DNA of 64,000 nucleotides from Macrostomum lignano (Eukaryota), in the NCBI GenBank assembly GCA_002269645.1, contig NIVC01000544.1, forward strand, positions 372,001-436,000, written 5' to 3'. Numbering within the stretch: position 1 is the stretch's first letter; each line of letters starts with the position of its first letter. Both the position numbers and the translations under genes were made by a program. This document shows, one piece after another, positions 59,939 to 64,000 of the stretch. Below the pieces are notes generated by a model, which saw only the letters and a program-made list of their open reading frames with translations, was not told the DNA's origin and did not search any database.

Positions 59939-61240
59939 ATGCTGAAGTCTTGGTTTCTTTTGCTTCTAGTAGCAACCGTAGCTGAGTCCGGTAGCTACGA
60001 GGATCTCTACCAGGTACTTACTAGAAGATACGAGAAGAGCTCGCGACCTGTTTACCTAGCTAACACCGTGCTAAACGTTACATTCAGTGTCAAGCTCAAT
60101 CGCTTAATGGATCTGGACGAGAAGAATCAAATATTACACATGAACGTTGTTGTCATGGAGTCGTGGCGCGACGAACGACTCATTTGGAGTCCGGAAAATT
60201 ATTCTGGCATAGAAGAGTTCGTACTGCCGGCTGGGGAAGTCTGGGTGCCAGACATCTACGTCTACAACAACGCGGCTGATGGCAACGATGGGTTCATCTT
60301 CGACAACAGCAGCCGAGTGACTGTGAGCCATTCTGGCCACGTAGTTTGGAACATTCCGTCGACGATCAAGAGCTCCTGCAGCGTTGACGTACTCTATTTT
60401 CCATTCGATCATCAGTTCTGCGATATCGTGTTCGCTTCGTGGACCTACGATGCCAGACAGGTTGACCTGCAGATGCCACCAGGCCGTGGCGGCGCGGTTG
60501 ACAAGTCCATCCTTGAGCAGCACTCCGAACTGCAAGTCTCCGGCCTGCAGATGCAGCGGTCGGTGCAAACGACCTTGAACAACCTGACATTCCCGATGCT
60601 CCGGCTGAGAATTCACATCGAGAGGAAAGCTCTGTACTATTCCTACACTGTCATTGCTCCAAGCATCATGCTGTGCATCCTGACGCTGTTCAGCTTCTGG
60701 CTGCCCTGTCATATTGCCGAGAAGATCGAAATCGGTCTAACCGTGTTCCTATTTCTCTACTTCCTCGAGCTGCTCATCGCGGAGAACACTCCCGAGTCGA
60801 ATTCCACTCCAATCATTGGGATATTCCTCACCACGGTGATGACTCTGAACTCGCTGTCGCTAATTATGGCCACGATAGTGATGCACGTGCAGAGCAGAGG
60901 CGACACCGACCCCTGCCCGACCGTGCCGCTGTGGCTGTGGCGAATCAGTCGACGCTTCCTGGGGCCCGTCACCTTCACTCAGCTGCGCTGGCAGGAGGCA
61001 GCCTTTGCCGAGGGCTTCGACAGAATTACTGGCCGAGACGCCAACGCGGCTGTCACCAGCGACGACGAGGTCGACATGAACAGAATGGAGCGGGCCAAGT
61101 GGCTGTACATAGCCGAGGTGATTGACAAATTTTTGTTTGAATTCTATTTAACCTGCACAGTGCTCAGCATAGTGATTGTGCTGCACGTGCTGCCAGCGTC
61201 TCATACCAGCACCGTCTACGAAAATCGGCTGACGGACTGA
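59939..61240 (+). CDS. Intronless nicotinic-acetylcholine-receptor-like Cys-loop channel subunit, non-alpha type, 433 aa
   Basis: Signal peptide; DLDEKNQIL, WVPDIYVYNN, Cys-loop CSVDVLYFPFDHQFC, FASWTYD; four TM helices (LYYSYTVIAPS..., EKIEIGLTVFL..., TPIIGIFL..., WLYIAEVIDKFLF). No vicinal CC in loop C. Confidence 0.93.
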   Translation: MLKSWFLLLLVATVAESGSYEDLYQVLTRRYEKSSRPVYLANTVLNVTFSVKLNRLMDLDEKNQILHMNVVVMESWRDERLIWSPENYSGIEEFVLPAGEVWVPDIYVYNNAADGNDGFIFDNSSRVTVSHSGHVVWNIPSTIKSSCSVDVLYFPFDHQFCDIVFASWTYDARQVDLQMPPGRGGAVDKSILEQHSELQVSGLQMQRSVQTTLNNLTFPMLRLRIHIERKALYYSYTVIAPSIMLCILTLFSFWLPCHIAEKIEIGLTVFLFLYFLELLIAENTPESNSTPIIGIFLTTVMTLNSLSLIMATIVMHVQSRGDTDPCPTVPLWLWRISRRFLGPVTFTQLRWQEAAFAEGFDRITGRDANAAVTSDDEVDMNRMERAKWLYIAEVIDKFLFEFYLTCTVLSIVIVLHVLPASHTSTVYENRLTD

Positions 61241-61510
61241 AGACGTCATGAGAGTGTCCCGACATCGGCCCCAACCACAGATACTTAGAATAATTATATG
61301 GGCCTCTTAGCACATTTGCGTGTAGACTTTCAGTTCAGTAGCAAGTTAAACGGAAGGGCATTTTAATGTATTTTAAAACCAAGGTTCATTTATTGGCTCT
61401 TACCCTCCCCCCGCTTAAACCCTCTAACCGCGCCTTTCCACACTACCCCCGCCCCTCCCCAATTTTTATTGCCTTTCTCGGAATTCCAGTCTAAAGCTGC
61501 CATGTACATT

Positions 61511-61730
61511 TCAGTGGACTGGCTAATGTACATGGCTGAACCAATTAGTAAGTTGTTTACGCCTGCAAGCTTGGGCTTCCTAAACTTATAGTAGTCGTTT
61601 CGGCTGCCTTTATTCTTATAAAATAGCTTATGTATTCTTCTTTGCTACTGAACTGAAAGTAGAAAGCTGTTTTGGTAAGTATACGATCGGATACATGAGG
61701 GACCCATCTAGTTATTTTAGTATCTGTGGC
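61511..61730 (+). repeat. Dispersed repeat family B, copy 2, 270 bp downstream of the nAChR-like stop
   Basis: Collinear match to 28372-28610. Confidence 0.85.
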
Positions 61731-61747
61731 CCCCGACTTTCTAATCG

Positions 61748-61780
<33 letters not shown>

Positions 61781-62874
61781 GCCTTGGGGGCGGGGTTGGC
61801 CCCTCGTGACGTGAACGCTATGGATGGCACAACGCTATGGATGGCAGAGGTAGAGAAAGTCCATCTCTTAAATATGTTGTATTTTCACAGATATAATAAT
61901 ATGCTGCGTTCAATCAATCAATCAAACCCACTTTATGCCTGTTAACATGCTTTACTAGCTACTCTTAGTAGTTAACCTACGCTCGTATATTTGCGACTAT
62001 GAAAGAGTTTTTTTATTACGAGTACGTTCCTTTAAATTAAACCATATACTCTGGATGACTCTTCATTTTTCTCCGTCTGATTTTATTGAAAGCGAACCTT
62101 GCTATGTTGAATATCAAAATATATTGCCTGCTTGTAGCAATTGGAACTGCGCGTGTATTGCTAACACGACTTCTTGCTGAGATTTGCCCGTTTTTTATTT
62201 TTTTCATAAAATGAGAATATCGGTGAGACATGAGAGTATCTGCGAAGTAGCTATGAGAATATCCGTTAAGTATGAGAATATCCGTCAAGTATGAAAATAT
62301 GTGTCAAGTATGAAAATATCTGTCAGGTATGAGAATATCGGTGTACATGCGTGTGCATGAGTACGTGTGTATGTGTGCGTCTAATACAGGGCAATCTGTC
62401 GTACTGCAATCAATTCTGCAAGGACCCAACGAAAAAAAGCATTGAAAAATTCTGTTGCATACCCCTTGTAGAGTTGCGATATTGGTTGGGTCAAAATTTA
62501 TTTTAGCCATAATATAGATTTTATATATGGGTTATTTAAACTATTGCCAAGTGTTAGTTAACTTCAGCTCACAGATTAGGAGTGGTTAAACGGCTAACTT
62601 TTTTTATGGCTATAGTTCTGCCATATTCAGATCGAGTCAGACCTTAAACACTGACTGCTAGATTTTAAAACTATTGAAAACCGTGACCGCTGCGATCGCA
62701 GCTGCGACCACTTAATAACCAATCCAGAGTCGTTAAAAAATAGCATTTGGAAAAGAAATTGAACTGTTTGGCATTGGGAAAACTTTGAATTGTGAATTTC
62801 CATAATTTTAAAACTAAGTACGAGTTATGAGTTATTGATTTAGTTGGGGTTATTTATTTTTAGTTTGTGCATCC

Positions 62875-63165
62875 CATGATCCGGAATACCCCCATCCGGA
62901 ATATCCCACCTGGAATATCACATCCGGAATACTCTATCCTGAATATCCCATCCGGAATACTCCATCCTGAATATCCCATCCGGAATATCCCATTTGGAAT
63001 ATCCCATCTGGAATATCCCATCCGGAATATCCCATCCTGAATATCCCATCCGGAATACTCCATCCTGAATATCCGATCCGGAATATCCCATCAGACTATC
63101 CGATCACCCGAAATACCTCACCCAGAATACTCCATCCGGAATACCACATCCAGAATGTACCATCT
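62875..63165. repeat. 14-bp minisatellite ATCCCATCCGGAAT
   Basis: Direct tandem copies. Confidence 0.88.
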
Positions 63166-64000
63166 GAAATCATTCCATGAATGGGAATAGCCTATGGAGT
63201 ATGAAAAAAAGAAATTAATTAAAATTTATGCTTTTTGCGCAACGCAAACTTGCGCTACGTCTGAGTCTATTGATCCCTACGTCTCACTCAGAGTCTCTCT
63301 TCATTCAGTTCCTCATTCTTATCTGTCTTTGAGCTGTTTATTGCTCAATTTTTGTGCTGCTACTTTCCTGGCTGAAGCTTGTCATTGTTTCTCAATTCAT
63401 TGTTTCCACTATTTTTAGGTCGTAGTTTTTAGTCAACTAACTACTATGCTATATAGACTACAACTATTCAGTAACTATGCTCAGCAGATCTCAGCAGTCG
63501 TCGTCGTGGAATACTTTTAGATCCGGGATCTGGATTGGCCGACTGACGCTTCGCTTTGACAGGGAGGAGAGGGAGAGAGAGGAATAGAGGATGAATGGGA
63601 GAGAGGGAGAGAGAGGGAGGATGGACAGAGAGGAAGCCTGGCCCTAATAAATAATTAATTAACCATAAAGCAGTGGCAATTGCATGCATGGCTGTGGCGA
63701 TGCAGGACTGGGCTGCCTGATACCATACATAGCTGGTCACTGCGCCGGCACGTATTTTCGTATTCCTACGATTTTATCCAATTGAAGGTAAAGTTCTGCC
63801 CATCATATATATTGTCTATTAACTCATTGGAATCAGCTTCTACAGTCTTATATAATGCTGCATCCGTGATCAGTATTTAGAGCTGAGTTGTCTGTCTGCA
63901 GTTGGGTCCATTCTAGTAAAGTACATGTACATGAGCAAGGCTCAGTGATCTTGAAACATCGTGTAACTTTGCCAATTTCGGCCAGCAGTTATAAAAATTA

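Noticed and set aside
60134-61125. Antisense and alternate-frame ORFs over the nAChR-like gene, TIA1 and the GPCR exons
   Set aside because: Expected shadow ORFs of GC-rich coding sequence, with no recognisable motifs.
63468-63790. Possible terminal exons of a minus-strand gene extending past the window
   Set aside because: The peptide RAGAVTSYVWYQAAQSCIATAMHAIATALW looks plausible, but I could not build a consistent exon chain or recognise a family.
1-64000. SL RNA, snRNA, rRNA genes or a bacterial/phage insert
   Set aside because: I recognised no such sequence; all real genes but one have spliceosomal introns and there is no dense prokaryotic-style ORF array.

Overview
Eukaryotic (metazoan) genomic DNA, not a prokaryotic locus. 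Seven protein-coding genes can be assembled by hand into frame-consistent exon chains: TIA1/TIAR-like (-, 8281-5652); a co-oriented run of GTF2E2/TFIIE-beta (18005-20935), RAB3 (23327-25491), TRMT11 (27536-30753) and CABLES (32197-45855); a neuromedin-U/PRXamide-family GPCR (-, 55606-50306); and an intronless, divergent nicotinic-receptor-like Cys-loop subunit (59939-61240). Most long introns carry their own minisatellite. The intergenic DNA holds decayed or non-autonomous mobile elements: a 2.75-kb TIR element with a 9-bp TSD, a hAT MITE, Helitron-like units, a tRNA-derived SINE, a Tc1 relic, an RTE LINE relic and two unclassified dispersed repeats. Poly-A/Q/N protein tracts, (TCTG)n/(TTAG)n introns and the RTE relic suggest a free-living flatworm of the Macrostomum type; this is inference and was not checked by a search. 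Best lead: the first CABLES exon has no in-frame ATG and starts in phase 0 at a 3' splice site, and GTF2E2, TRMT11 and the GPCR also start in frame just after 3' splice sites. This fits spliced-leader trans-splicing in which the flatworm SL's terminal AUG supplies the initiator, possibly in a polycistronic unit. Most long ORFs in the supplied track are artefacts of tandem repeats.
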